Of a stretch of 64,000 nucleotides of DNA, positions 48,465 through 57,724 are shown piece after piece. Made by a program: the position numbers and the translations under genes. The notes below the pieces were generated by a model. The model saw nothing but the letters and a program-made list of their open reading frames with translations. It did no database searches and was not told the DNA's origin. The stretch is from the IMG/VR virus record IMGVR_UViG_3300020048_000138, positions 103-64,102 of that record. One strand, given 5' to 3'. Each line of letters begins with the position of its first letter. Position 1 is the first letter of the stretch. The DNA comes from a virus. Taxonomy: Duplodnaviria; Caudoviricetes.

Positions 48465-49154
48465 TTATTTTTTCTGTGCTTCGAACTCACGTTTAGCAAG
48501 AGCATATTCAGTTCTTGCTTGAACAGTGCCAAGTTCACGCGCACGCTTTTCCAACACTTTTATTTTATCCTCGGTGACTGTGTCACCAGGATTTCCACCT
48601 GTTTTGTCTTTGCCAGGAACATAACCCTGTTCTTTGATGAAAGCCTCTACATACGCATTTGTGGTGGTATTGTACAGTTCTTTAAATGAATCAACAGCAG
48701 GTTTAAGTTCTTCAAAGGATGTACCTTTAAAAAATGTAGCAAATGATACGGGGAGCTTTTGTTCAGACAAATACTTAAGTACTGCTACTTCAGTATCTTT
48801 CTGCTTTTCACGAAGTTCAAGCCCTTCCTGTTTTTTCTGTAGCTCAATGAATTTCTTTTCTGACTCTGTCAGTTCAGGTTTAAGCTTCTTTGTAATAGCT
48901 TCTTCAGCCTTGGAAACTTCCTCGGAAATAATACTTGGAAGTTTGTCCTTCTTAAAGTTTTCAATAGCCGTTGTAATACCCTGTGAAACTCTCTTGTCTG
49001 CAGTTTGACTAAGGAATTTTTTACCGTCCTCATGTTCTTCAACAAGTTTTATAGCTGAGGTTATAGGTACGAATTTAAGTAATTCGCCCTGGACTTCAGG
49101 TAAATCCTTGCTTGTAGAAATAAGTTCAAACGCTTTTTTCAGTTCTTCGTTCAT
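48465..49154 (-). CDS. Capsid scaffolding protein (DUF4355-like)
   Basis: Charged coiled coil, ADKRVSQGI; between portal and capsid. Confidence 0.82.
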   Translation of the reverse strand: MNEELKKAFELISTSKDLPEVQGELLKFVPITSAIKLVEEHEDGKKFLSQTADKRVSQGITTAIENFKKDKLPSIISEEVSKAEEAITKKLKPELTESEKKFIELQKKQEGLELREKQKDTEVAVLKYLSEQKLPVSFATFFKGTSFEELKPAVDSFKELYNTTTNAYVEAFIKEQGYVPGKDKTGGNPGDTVTEDKIKVLEKRARELGTVQARTEYALAKREFEAQKK

Positions 49155-50740
49155 TCTGTGCTCCTTTTTTCTTTTGCCCTCGCTGTTCTCTTTTTAGATT
49201 CCGGCGAGTTCGTTGTTTTATCATCATTAACCGCACCGTCTTCCAAGTCTTTCATTGGAGCAACGGTCTTGTTTTCTTTGCCCATTGTATTTATTCCAGT
49301 TTCCTCATTTTCGTGCAGTTCACGTATATACGCATCATGCTCAATGTCGGCATCAGGAATAAAGGAGGCTACACTCATTCTCGTCTTTGTTGACACGTTT
49401 CCTTTCAGTTCCGTCTGGATTCGTGCTTCCTCCAACATATTTATAGGAATGTTTCTTGTCCACTGTTTGTGTACTTCGTAAGGGTCCAACATTATGTTTT
49501 TTATTGCCCAGAAAGTACTTAATGTTTTCCACATGTAGGTGTCTGCTGAGTCAAATTTAACTTCAAGAACTTTACATTTTTCTTCAAGTTGAGTTAACTT
49601 GTATTTAATAGCTACACCGGAAAGGTTACCATAAAAGTTTTCATCTTTGAAGTTAACAGACTTGGAAAAACGAATAATGTTTGTTTCAAGTTTGTCAAGC
49701 AAGGACATTATAGAGTCTATATCAACTTTCTTAGTAATAAACTCCACTTTCCCATCTCTTGTCATTTCAAACATACCTGTTTGACGAAGTTTGTCCATGT
49801 CAGCTTTAGTAGCTTTCAAACCGTACAAAGCAATATAGGCAAGTCGGAACTGTTCCATCTCAGAAGACAAGTCAGAAAGTACTTTATCATAAGTATCAAT
49901 AAGTTGGTATATTTTAGCACAATCTCCTTGTCTTTCATTATTATTACGAAACTCAAACAAAGGCACTGTTTTAAACATGTGCTTACGTGGGTTCTTAGCA
50001 ATAAAGGTTGTAGGTGCTAATAAACCACTTTCGTCAGCTAAAAAGTGATACACATAAGTTTCATCATATAGGTCAACAGCTAATCTGTTTTCTACTTCAA
50101 TGGAAGCTACTTTCTTGTTTCTACCGTTGTACTTCGTGCTAGCTACTTTCTGATAATAGTATCTGATAGAACAAGCAAGTGTTTTAGACAAGTCTTTGTA
50201 TATAAAAATAGTTTCCCATGGGTCGACGTTTACAACCTCGGGCTTTCCTTCCATGTTTATGTGCATAAGACGCGCACTTGTACCACAGATTGAAGACATT
50301 TTAACAGTTTCCATGTTAAGGTCTACCAAGTCATTTTCAAGACCAAACCGACGTACTTTATTGGTTATGTCGATATAAGAGTCTACTTTCTGTGTTTTAA
50401 GATAGTCCTTTATAGGAATGTCTATAGGTTTAACTGTGTAAGTTATAGGTATACCAGCCATGTAACCTTGTTTTGTGTCAATAATTTCAGACATAAAACT
50501 GTTATTTATCTGGTTGTTTATTTTCATAAAGTCAGGAAGTTCACGTGAAAATATAGGAGTGTCACCTAAAGATGCTTGGTAACGACCATACGCAGCCTTA
50601 TATGTAGCATGAGTTGCTGCATGCTTTGCTATAATAGCTTTAAGTATATAGTCTACGTCATTAACTAAAGTACTTTCAATAGTACAGTCATAATCTATAA
50701 TTTCTTTTTTAAGTACCTGTAACAGTTCATTAGGTATCAT
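49151..50740 (-). CDS. Portal protein (SPP1 gp6-like)
   Basis: VPLFEFRNN...GD...LIDTYD, NLSGVAIKYK. Confidence 0.93.
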   Translation of the reverse strand: MIPNELLQVLKKEIIDYDCTIESTLVNDVDYILKAIIAKHAATHATYKAAYGRYQASLGDTPIFSRELPDFMKINNQINNSFMSEIIDTKQGYMAGIPITYTVKPIDIPIKDYLKTQKVDSYIDITNKVRRFGLENDLVDLNMETVKMSSICGTSARLMHINMEGKPEVVNVDPWETIFIYKDLSKTLACSIRYYYQKVASTKYNGRNKKVASIEVENRLAVDLYDETYVYHFLADESGLLAPTTFIAKNPRKHMFKTVPLFEFRNNNERQGDCAKIYQLIDTYDKVLSDLSSEMEQFRLAYIALYGLKATKADMDKLRQTGMFEMTRDGKVEFITKKVDIDSIMSLLDKLETNIIRFSKSVNFKDENFYGNLSGVAIKYKLTQLEEKCKVLEVKFDSADTYMWKTLSTFWAIKNIMLDPYEVHKQWTRNIPINMLEEARIQTELKGNVSTKTRMSVASFIPDADIEHDAYIRELHENEETGINTMGKENKTVAPMKDLEDGAVNDDKTTNSPESKKRTARAKEKRSTE

Positions 50741-52137
50741 GCCACACTCCGTGTCATAGGAATTATTATGCCTGAGTCGTCTTCATCAATGCCTGCAAGT
50801 TTAGTAACACCCCAAACACAAGCGTCAAGTCTATTAGGTGACTTATCACCAGGTACCCATTCAGTAAGCTCTTCTTCAAGTTTAGCAAGTACGCCAACGT
50901 GATGAACTTTGCCTTGTTCATACAAAGCCGCCACTGGTTCTGCTCTTGTGTACTTATCACGTGACGCAAATACTTTCTCTACCGGTACATAAGGGTCTAT
51001 CAAGTTAATAACGGTACTAACTAAGTCACCGCCATTATTAACTTCAGCTACCACTTTGTTGGCTCTGTGTCTATGAAAAAGCATTATTACTTTTCTAGCC
51101 CAAGCATCAGCTCCTAACTTCTCGCTCTCATCATTAAGTACATAGTATTGGTTATCGTCTGACTCACCACAAATAATAATTCCAGTTTCATCAGACTTGT
51201 CTTTGTTAGTAACGGCAGGGTCAACTGATACATAAAGTTTACGTAAAGTAGGAGCAACCATAACTCTGTACTTGTCAAGTGTTTCAGTTTTCCACAAAGC
51301 GCCGATAACATCACCAAGTATTTCGGCATGTAATTCCTGTCTGCCGAGTCTTGTACCTTCATACTTTTTAATTACGCGCTTAATAAAGGACGTAGCCAAG
51401 TTAGAAATGTTCTCGTAAGAACTTCCGCTTGTCAAAAATACATCGTTATCTTTTATTAAGTCCTTAATTAAAGGTTTAGGCTGAGGTGTTGTCGTAACAA
51501 TCGCCTGCGGTAAAGCGCCAAGTCTCAACCCCATTTCAAAGTTGTCCCATGCTTCCTGCATAGCCTTAAATTTTACAAGTTCATCTACCCAGCCCTTTTC
51601 ATGCTGTGGACCACGTAACTGGTCCGGTTCATCGCCCGAGTAAAGGTAAGCGACGGCTCCGTTTGGCCATTCTACAACCCTTCGTGATGCGATATAACGT
51701 GGTTTGTTATAAGAAGGCGAACAAGTAATAATACCAGACTCACCTTCCAACATTACATCACGAACGTCAGGAGTTGTTTGCCCTATCAAGGCGAAACGGG
51801 AAGCACCCTTTATAGTCGATGGTGATTCCACTCTTTTGGATGGATTTTGCCACCGGATAATGGCCTCCGCTCCAGTTCTAGTTTTACCAAACCCTCGTCC
51901 TGCCAATATAAGCCAGATAAACCATTGTCCTGGCGGTATTTGCTGTTTAGGTCTACCCCAAAAGTCCCAATCACAATTGAGTTGCTCAATTTCAGACTGG
52001 TCATAACCTACCAATAGTTCTTTTCTAGCCTCCACGTCCAATTCTGCAACCTTCTCTGCCATAGAAAGGCCACTACGTGTATCCATAGTAGGCCCATTCG
52101 GCTTAATAGATTTGTCAGAATTAACATGGTTAAGCAT
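50737..52137 (-). CDS. terL: Terminase large subunit
   Basis: GRGFGKT, LRGPQ, WVDE, VTTTP, VSVDP, SPNRLDA. Confidence 0.96.
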   Translation of the reverse strand: MLNHVNSDKSIKPNGPTMDTRSGLSMAEKVAELDVEARKELLVGYDQSEIEQLNCDWDFWGRPKQQIPPGQWFIWLILAGRGFGKTRTGAEAIIRWQNPSKRVESPSTIKGASRFALIGQTTPDVRDVMLEGESGIITCSPSYNKPRYIASRRVVEWPNGAVAYLYSGDEPDQLRGPQHEKGWVDELVKFKAMQEAWDNFEMGLRLGALPQAIVTTTPQPKPLIKDLIKDNDVFLTSGSSYENISNLATSFIKRVIKKYEGTRLGRQELHAEILGDVIGALWKTETLDKYRVMVAPTLRKLYVSVDPAVTNKDKSDETGIIICGESDDNQYYVLNDESEKLGADAWARKVIMLFHRHRANKVVAEVNNGGDLVSTVINLIDPYVPVEKVFASRDKYTRAEPVAALYEQGKVHHVGVLAKLEEELTEWVPGDKSPNRLDACVWGVTKLAGIDEDDSGIIIPMTRSVA

Positions 52138-52149
52138 TATGTCTTACCC

Positions 52150-52929
52150 TTACTCAGTCTCTGTTGTTGTATTTGTGTTAGCGGCGCCCAAGTCTCTCTT
52201 TTTAAGTACTTCATCCAGTCTGTTGTGAAGTACGTCAAGCGGAGACATAGCCACTTCAATTGCTTTTCCGTCACGGCCAGATATTTCCAGTCTGTCCTTA
52301 AATATACCCAAATATTTACCAAGATTTTCCAGTGCACGTATTTTGTCATGTAACTTTATCTTAACAGACCCGTCACGTGACGATGATATTTCACAAATGG
52401 CACGTCTCGCATTCTCGTCTATGTTACCAGATGACTTCAAACTAACATTTTTGCCATCAAATTCAACAAACTGACATACATCAGCAAAACCGATTATAGC
52501 AAGTTCCTTAATTACGTCATCAGCACGCACCAAAGACTCATCACGAAGTTCAGCAAGCATTTTAGAAATGTAAGCCTTACAGTGCGGCCTCCCCAGGATT
52601 TGCAACGCTGTTCGTTCAATTACACCGGCACGGTCACAAGCTGTTGACATATTGAAGCAGGAAGCGACATATTCGTCCAGGAATATCTTTTCAACTGGTG
52701 ACGGTTCTTTGAAGGACAGTTCAGTTAAAAGGTATTCGCCTCCACGTCTTATAATTTCAGCTTGGACTTTTTCAGATGCCAGAGTTTTCAAGCCAGCGTA
52801 TTCAGCATTGTAAACTTCTTTACCCGCTTTACGGCCTTCTGGTTCTTTGTGGAAAAGATACAAGTCAATAAACTCAGCCTCTTTAGGACTAAGTGGTTTT
52901 GAGTTCTGACCGTACGCTGTTGATGCCAT
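52150..52929 (-). CDS. terS: Terminase small subunit
   Basis: VIKELAIIGFAD...KIKLHDKIRALENLGKYLG; directly upstream of terL. Confidence 0.85.
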   Translation of the reverse strand: MASTAYGQNSKPLSPKEAEFIDLYLFHKEPEGRKAGKEVYNAEYAGLKTLASEKVQAEIIRRGGEYLLTELSFKEPSPVEKIFLDEYVASCFNMSTACDRAGVIERTALQILGRPHCKAYISKMLAELRDESLVRADDVIKELAIIGFADVCQFVEFDGKNVSLKSSGNIDENARRAICEISSSRDGSVKIKLHDKIRALENLGKYLGIFKDRLEISGRDGKAIEVAMSPLDVLHNRLDEVLKKRDLGAANTNTTTETE

Positions 52930-53264
52930 TCTGTTTTCTCCTTATTGACCGTTGACCTTAACATTATACCCTAGGGGTATACGAATGTCAAATATATTTT
53001 TACATTTTTCCCTATAAATTAAAATATATTTTACCTCAGGGAAATCATTTATAATTAAGATGTTGTTGATAAATGTCTCTATACGGATGTATTTATTGGA
53101 TTTAACAGATTGCGGACTGTTGTTAACTGTGGAGAACATAAGGATGACTTAAAATCCTTTATTCTTCTTAATATACGCGGGAGGGAATTATTAAGGGATA
53201 AGTAGGTGGGGATAATAAAAAGGGGACCTGACCGGTAAAATACAACTAGCATAAGTACAGTAGC

Positions 53265-53353
53265 GCCTCGTGCTTCCTGTGTCCAGATGTAAAAGGTAAC
53301 CTTGCCAGTAAAATTAAACCTTACTTAGTAAAGCACTGCCTCGTGCTTCCTGT
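53265..53353. repeat. 16-bp direct repeat upstream of terS
   Basis: GCCTCGTGCTTCCTGT at 53265-53280 and 53338-53353. Confidence 0.8.
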
Positions 53354-53420
53354 TTCCAACCCAGTGGGCAGTGATAAGGCGTGAAACGCTCCTCAACTAG
53401 GGATTTCCGAAAAAACGAAA

Positions 53421-53546
53421 TATCAGACCCCCCTCTTTTTTTTTCCTGGCCTAATTTCTTTTATAAAATATATTTATATAAATATCAATACCCCTTAATT
53501 TTTTTATATATAGAATTATATTTGATTTTCTTGATTAGATAAGTTC
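53421..53546. repeat. Arm B of the diverged long-range inverted repeat
   Basis: Matches the reverse complement of 25881-26000. Confidence 0.8.
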
Positions 53547-53567
53547 ATTGTATTTAATGTAATATTA

Positions 53568-53662
53568 TGGAATATAGTGGAACACAATGGAACACAATGG
53601 ATTCCTCCGAGGGTATACGTATTATAATTGAATTTAATGGAACAGGATGGAATATAATGGAA
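53568..53662 (+). repeat. 10-bp-phased TGGAA repeat array
   Basis: TGGA at 53568, 53578, 53588, 53598, 53638, 53648 and 53658. Confidence 0.8.
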
Positions 53663-54374
53663 ATACTAAGTTTTTTTCACAATGACTTGGGTTCAAAATG
53701 GATTTTCAAAAGATTGAAGGCCCCCTTCGTCAAAATTTCAAAATTATATATTTGCCATTTTACAAAATACTTGCCCGTACGGTTCAGTAAATCTGCACAC
53801 CCCTCATTTCGGAAAAGTTGTGTATTTTTCAACGTCACTTTCCGTGTCTACAACCCTTAAACACCATTCAAAGAGGTTGTAAGAGGCCGTACTTTTGCAA
53901 AAAAACTCAAAACACTGTGTGGTTAAGAAAGCCAGTGAGTCCCATGTAACTCTAACAATACCTAAACTATTCTACTTTTAGTTTTTTGAACTTAAAAGTT
54001 TTTTGTTCAAAAAGTTTTTTAATTAAAAGGTTTTTAAGTTAAAAGTTTTTTGAATTAAAAAATTAAATGTTCAAATTAATTATAATTCGATTATTTTTAA
54101 TAGTTAATAAAGATTTTTTATTTTATATTTGATTTAATTATTTATAATAATCATTAGAATATTTTTATTTAATATTAAATTAGATTATTTAGAATAAGGA
54201 TTAAACAATTTATATTTAATAATTAATTATATTATTTATAATAGAGATTAAACATTTTATATTTAATACTAAAATAGATTATTTTTAATTGTTATTAGAA
54301 TATTTATATAAAATAATAAATTAGAATAGATTTAATATTGATTAGAAATTTTAGATTGATTGATTGATTTTAGA

Positions 54375-54908
54375 TTATCTTGAAATAATAGATTGATAAA
54401 CAACCTGCAAAAGATTAAATATATCATCATCATTAAAATGATTTTCAATGATAAAATTATGATAAAATTCTGCTAAATTTTCTTGACTTTCTAAGAAGTT
54501 TTCAAGATTAGAAATATCTAAAGATTTTTCTAAATCAATATTGATTAGAGAATAAATATCAAAAATAACCTCTAAATCAGATTTATTGAGATTTTCATAT
54601 AATTTCTGATAATCAGCTTTTATTTCTCTATTGTTTTCTAATTCTTCATTGAAAATGTCAAGATATTCTTTAGAATTTTCAAAATCATTATAAAAAATTT
54701 GAGATAGATAAAACATATTATTATTTTGATAATTGATAATTCTCATATTAGCAAAATCTTTATCTTTTTGAATATAGAGCAAAATTCTTTTTTCTGTTTT
54801 ATTTTGCTCTAAAAAATCATCATAATAAGAAACTTCAATTTCAATCTTTTCAATTTCATAATTTTCAACATTTTTAATTTCATTCGATAAAATTTCAATT
54901 TTCTGCAT
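54375..54908 (-). CDS. Acidic hypothetical protein (DNA-mimic candidate)
   Basis: GAGAGG SD; 37 D/E versus 16 K/R; no Gly, Pro, Trp or Cys. Confidence 0.7.
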   Translation of the reverse strand: MQKIEILSNEIKNVENYEIEKIEIEVSYYDDFLEQNKTEKRILLYIQKDKDFANMRIINYQNNNMFYLSQIFYNDFENSKEYLDIFNEELENNREIKADYQKLYENLNKSDLEVIFDIYSLINIDLEKSLDISNLENFLESQENLAEFYHNFIIENHFNDDDIFNLLQVVYQSIISR

Positions 54909-55432
54909 AATAAACCTCTCAGATAAGAATTAATAAAACAACAAAAATCATTAGATTATATAATATTTTTTAATAAAAAGAAAGAAAATAATTAAAATTT
55001 ATAAAAATACTCCATATTTTCAAAGATTCTATTTTCTTTCAAAATATCTTGAATAGCTCTAAAACGAATAGATTTTAATTCTATTGAATAAAGATGATTT
55101 TTAATATTAAGATATTAATCTAATCATTTTCGTTTAACCTTGCTTAATTCTGAGATTCAAATTTTTTCTTGACTTTTGAAAATTTTTTATGATGAAAAAT
55201 AATATTCAAGAAAACTTGACTTTTTTATAAATATTTCTCAGAAAAATCAATTTTATAAAAACACCATAGATTTTTATTTATATTTTTATTTTATAAAAAA
55301 ATTAAAAAATATCTTTACTTTTATATATTTTTATGATATATTTCTTTAGTTCTTTTGAAACTGAAACAGAGATTTTGCGATTCTAACCAGATAAGCATAA
55401 AAATTAAAAAGAAAAAATAAAATTCTTTTTTA

Positions 55433-55461
55433 TTGCTTTTTATGAAAAAATCGTTTATAAT
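55433..55461 (+). promoter_or_regulatory. Sigma70-type promoter for the plus-strand early genes
   Basis: TTGCTT-17bp-TATAAT; chance matches are likely in such AT-rich DNA. Confidence 0.5.
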
Positions 55462-55743
55462 CTCAATAGAGAATTGAAAATTTCAATTTCTCTTTTCTAG
55501 TTCTTTGAAATTTTAAGAATTGATTTTTATTTCTGAATTTTTCAAGATTTTGAAAACCTCTGAAAAATCTGAAATTTTGAATTTTTGAAATTATTTTTTT
55601 AATTTTGAATTTTTGAAATTTTTTTAACGGTTTTTCAGATACTTCTTGAAAACCAGAAATAAATTAACCCTGAAACCAAGTTCGGTGACGGTTACCGGTA
55701 AGGCTACCGGAACCGGTTACCGAACTCACTATAGGAGGCTACC

Positions 55744-56046
55744 ATGCAAACTACAGAAGTTAAATCAGGCAAAGGGTTCAAAATCACTACTGACCTCGGA
55801 ACCGGTCATCAGGTGGTAACTGTGATGAAGGCTGACCTCAAGGGCATCGCCTACACCCAGGCTATCGGAACCGGTTTTGATAAAGGTCACCAGAACAAAG
55901 GTCTGGTATTCCTAAGTCAGGTGGTTAAGGAACTATTAGGATTAGAGGTGGACCTGAATGCTGAAAGAAAGGCAGCGATTCAGAGACTCAGAGCGGCAGA
56001 CCAGTCAGCCATCATCAGCGACGAGCTGGCTTCGATGGCTCACTAG
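55744..56046 (+). CDS. Hypothetical early protein, paralog of 57725..58177
   Basis: GGAGG SD; DLKGIA...QNKGLVFLSQ...EVDLNAER. Confidence 0.8.
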   Translation: MQTTEVKSGKGFKITTDLGTGHQVVTVMKADLKGIAYTQAIGTGFDKGHQNKGLVFLSQVVKELLGLEVDLNAERKAAIQRLRAADQSAIISDELASMAH

Positions 56047-56718
56047 AACCAGGGGCCAGTCGCCCCTTAAGGTCAGGGTTACAACCCCTGGACTTAAGAA
56101 GCGGTTGGAGACCACAGGCGATGACCAGTGACCAGCTGACTCCCGATTCCAGTCATATCTGGAGGCAGGAGACAGATGGCCGACGAGTCCAGGTGGCAGA
56201 CTGCAGGCCAGGTGACAGATGGCAGGAGAAATGATTGAACTGGTTCATCACTAGAGCGCCCACAGTTGACAACTGTTGACGAATCGGGTGAGGCCAGGTG
56301 ATTCCTAGGTCTTTGACAATCGAGCAGCGGGAAGGTCAGCCAAAAACCTGGCTACCTCTAAAGAAACTTACTGGGTGACCCTATATGTGGGGGTCCCGGC
56401 CACTGGGTCATCGAAAAATTTCATCAAATTTCTCGAAGTAGGACCCAGGAAGCAGTAACCAGCTACTCGCTATCGGCGAGCCAGTTACCTGTAAAGGTGA
56501 CCAGTAAAGGCCAACAGTTATCTCTAAAAGATGACCTCCAGCCTCCTACCGGCAATCGGTTACCAGCAAGTTTCAAAAAGAAAGGTATAGTAAAGCCCCT
56601 CCTAACAAACCCCTTGACCTGGTATAGGTCAAGGGTCAGCTATGGAGCCTACAGTCCCCTTTGGTGATTCAACCAAAGGAGGTTGTAGACCCTATAACTT
56701 AGAACAAGGAGGCACCAA
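56047..56718 (+). ncRNA. Candidate structured non-coding RNA or regulatory DNA
   Basis: ~670 nt GC-rich gap with no ORF of 60 aa or more and many long hairpins. Confidence 0.35.
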
Positions 56719-57150
56719 ATGGTAAGAATGACACTTGAAGAAATGGCCAACTGTTTAGAATCTAAACCCGATGTGTTTAAAGTCCCATCAGGAAAACCTA
56801 AACTTACCAAGGCCGGCCGAGACCGTCAGAAAGCACACTATGCAGACCGAGCAGACATCTGCCGAGTCCTAGCCAAGTACCTCATAATCCTAAAGGTGAA
56901 CTTTCACCTGGATTATAAGACTACAACAATGTGGATTGACTCAGTGCGAGTCACTGAAGGCATCCTTCAGTTCACCCATAGTGAGGTTGTAAACAGCGAA
57001 GAACCTGTCGACCATATCACTATGTTACTCAGAATGGCCGATGCCTATGATGACTGCTATGAGTCTGTTAATTCAGTCGAAAACATGTTTTACAACCTTG
57101 ATGTTGATTATGACATGCAAGACTTTATCGGTCACAAGAAAGAGCTTTAG
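56719..57150 (+). CDS. Hypothetical protein
   Basis: AAGGAGG SD; followed by a hairpin. Confidence 0.75.
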   Translation: MVRMTLEEMANCLESKPDVFKVPSGKPKLTKAGRDRQKAHYADRADICRVLAKYLIILKVNFHLDYKTTTMWIDSVRVTEGILQFTHSEVVNSEEPVDHITMLLRMADAYDDCYESVNSVENMFYNLDVDYDMQDFIGHKKEL

Positions 57151-57157
57151 ATTTATC

Positions 57158-57181
57158 GAGTCCATTGGCAACAATGGGCTC
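57158..57181 (+). terminator. Hairpin (terminator or processing site)
   Basis: GAGTCCATTG-GCAA-CAATGGGCTC. Confidence 0.55.
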
Positions 57182-57217
57182 TATTGAGTCCAAAGTGGGC
57201 TACTAAAGGAGGCGATT

Positions 57218-57571
57218 ATGTTAAAAATTACTATGGCTATGACAGGAATTATGTTTGTCGGTTTAATCACACTTTGTGCCAACTATGCTAGTGCAGCAGA
57301 CGAAGCACTTGATGAGGTTGTAAGCGGTTGTGAGGAATCTTGTGGCAACTTTCCTGGAGCACAGTTCAATGAGTGCTTTCAGCAGTGTGTTGAAGCTGGT
57401 GGACCTGGGGAATCAGACTGGGAGCCAGAAATTGACTGTGATGAGTGCTACGAATGTAAGTGTGTAGGTGAGTGTACCTATGACAACATGACCTGTGAAT
57501 TTCAGCACACAGATACTTGTGTTGAGAATTGTTTAGTTGATGGCGAAGACATTTATGGTGACTGGGAATAG
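57218..57571 (+). CDS. Secreted Cys-rich acidic protein
   Basis: Signal peptide ending ASA|A; 12 Cys in the mature part, several as CxxxC. Confidence 0.75.
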   Translation: MLKITMAMTGIMFVGLITLCANYASAADEALDEVVSGCEESCGNFPGAQFNECFQQCVEAGGPGESDWEPEIDCDECYECKCVGECTYDNMTCEFQHTDTCVENCLVDGEDIYGDWE

Positions 57572-57586
57572 ATTCGACTTACTGTG

Positions 57587-57611
57587 CCCTGTGGAATTAA
57601 ATTCTACAGGG
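57587..57611 (+). terminator. Hairpin (terminator or processing site)
   Basis: CCCTGTGGAAT-TAA-ATTCTACAGGG. Confidence 0.55.
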
Positions 57612-57645
57612 TACGAATAAGTTGAAATTTAAGTACAGAAAAGTC

Positions 57646-57674
57646 TTGATTTTGATTTCAACTGGGTGTATAAT
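57646..57674 (+). promoter_or_regulatory. Sigma70-type promoter
   Basis: TTGATT-17bp-TATAAT upstream of 57725. Confidence 0.7.
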
Positions 57675-57724
57675 ATAAAAAGATGATACGAAATTCGGTT
57701 TGTATTATCTAGTTAACTTAATGA

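Larger units (their letters stand above)
53990..55650. other. Ultra-AT-rich compositional island
   Basis: 21 G+C in 54121-54360 (~9%); A/T-tract repeats; GG/CC and GT/AC are scarce. Confidence 0.85.

Noticed and set aside
164-52353. Many plus-strand ORFs of 60-180 aa in the track
   Set aside because: They are antisense shadows of well-supported minus-strand genes, without SD or recognisable motifs.
52942-53139. 65-aa ORF upstream of terS
   Set aside because: Lies in AT-rich repeat-bearing DNA with no convincing SD or motif; more likely leader sequence.
53567-53860. 97-aa plus-strand ORF
   Set aside because: Its start is just the translation of the TGGAA repeat array; no SD.
53568-54270. 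Possible CRISPR array
   Set aside because: Repeats are 10-23 bp, degenerate, and lack unique spacers of regular length.
55724-55735. ACTCACTATAGG resembles the T7 promoter core, with AATTAACCCT (T3-like) near 55663
   Set aside because: Single copy, the specificity region differs, the 3' end is the SD of the next gene, and no single-subunit RNA polymerase is in the window; likely coincidence.
56047-56718. tRNA or tmRNA genes
   Set aside because: No T-loop GTTCRA motif or cloverleaf found.
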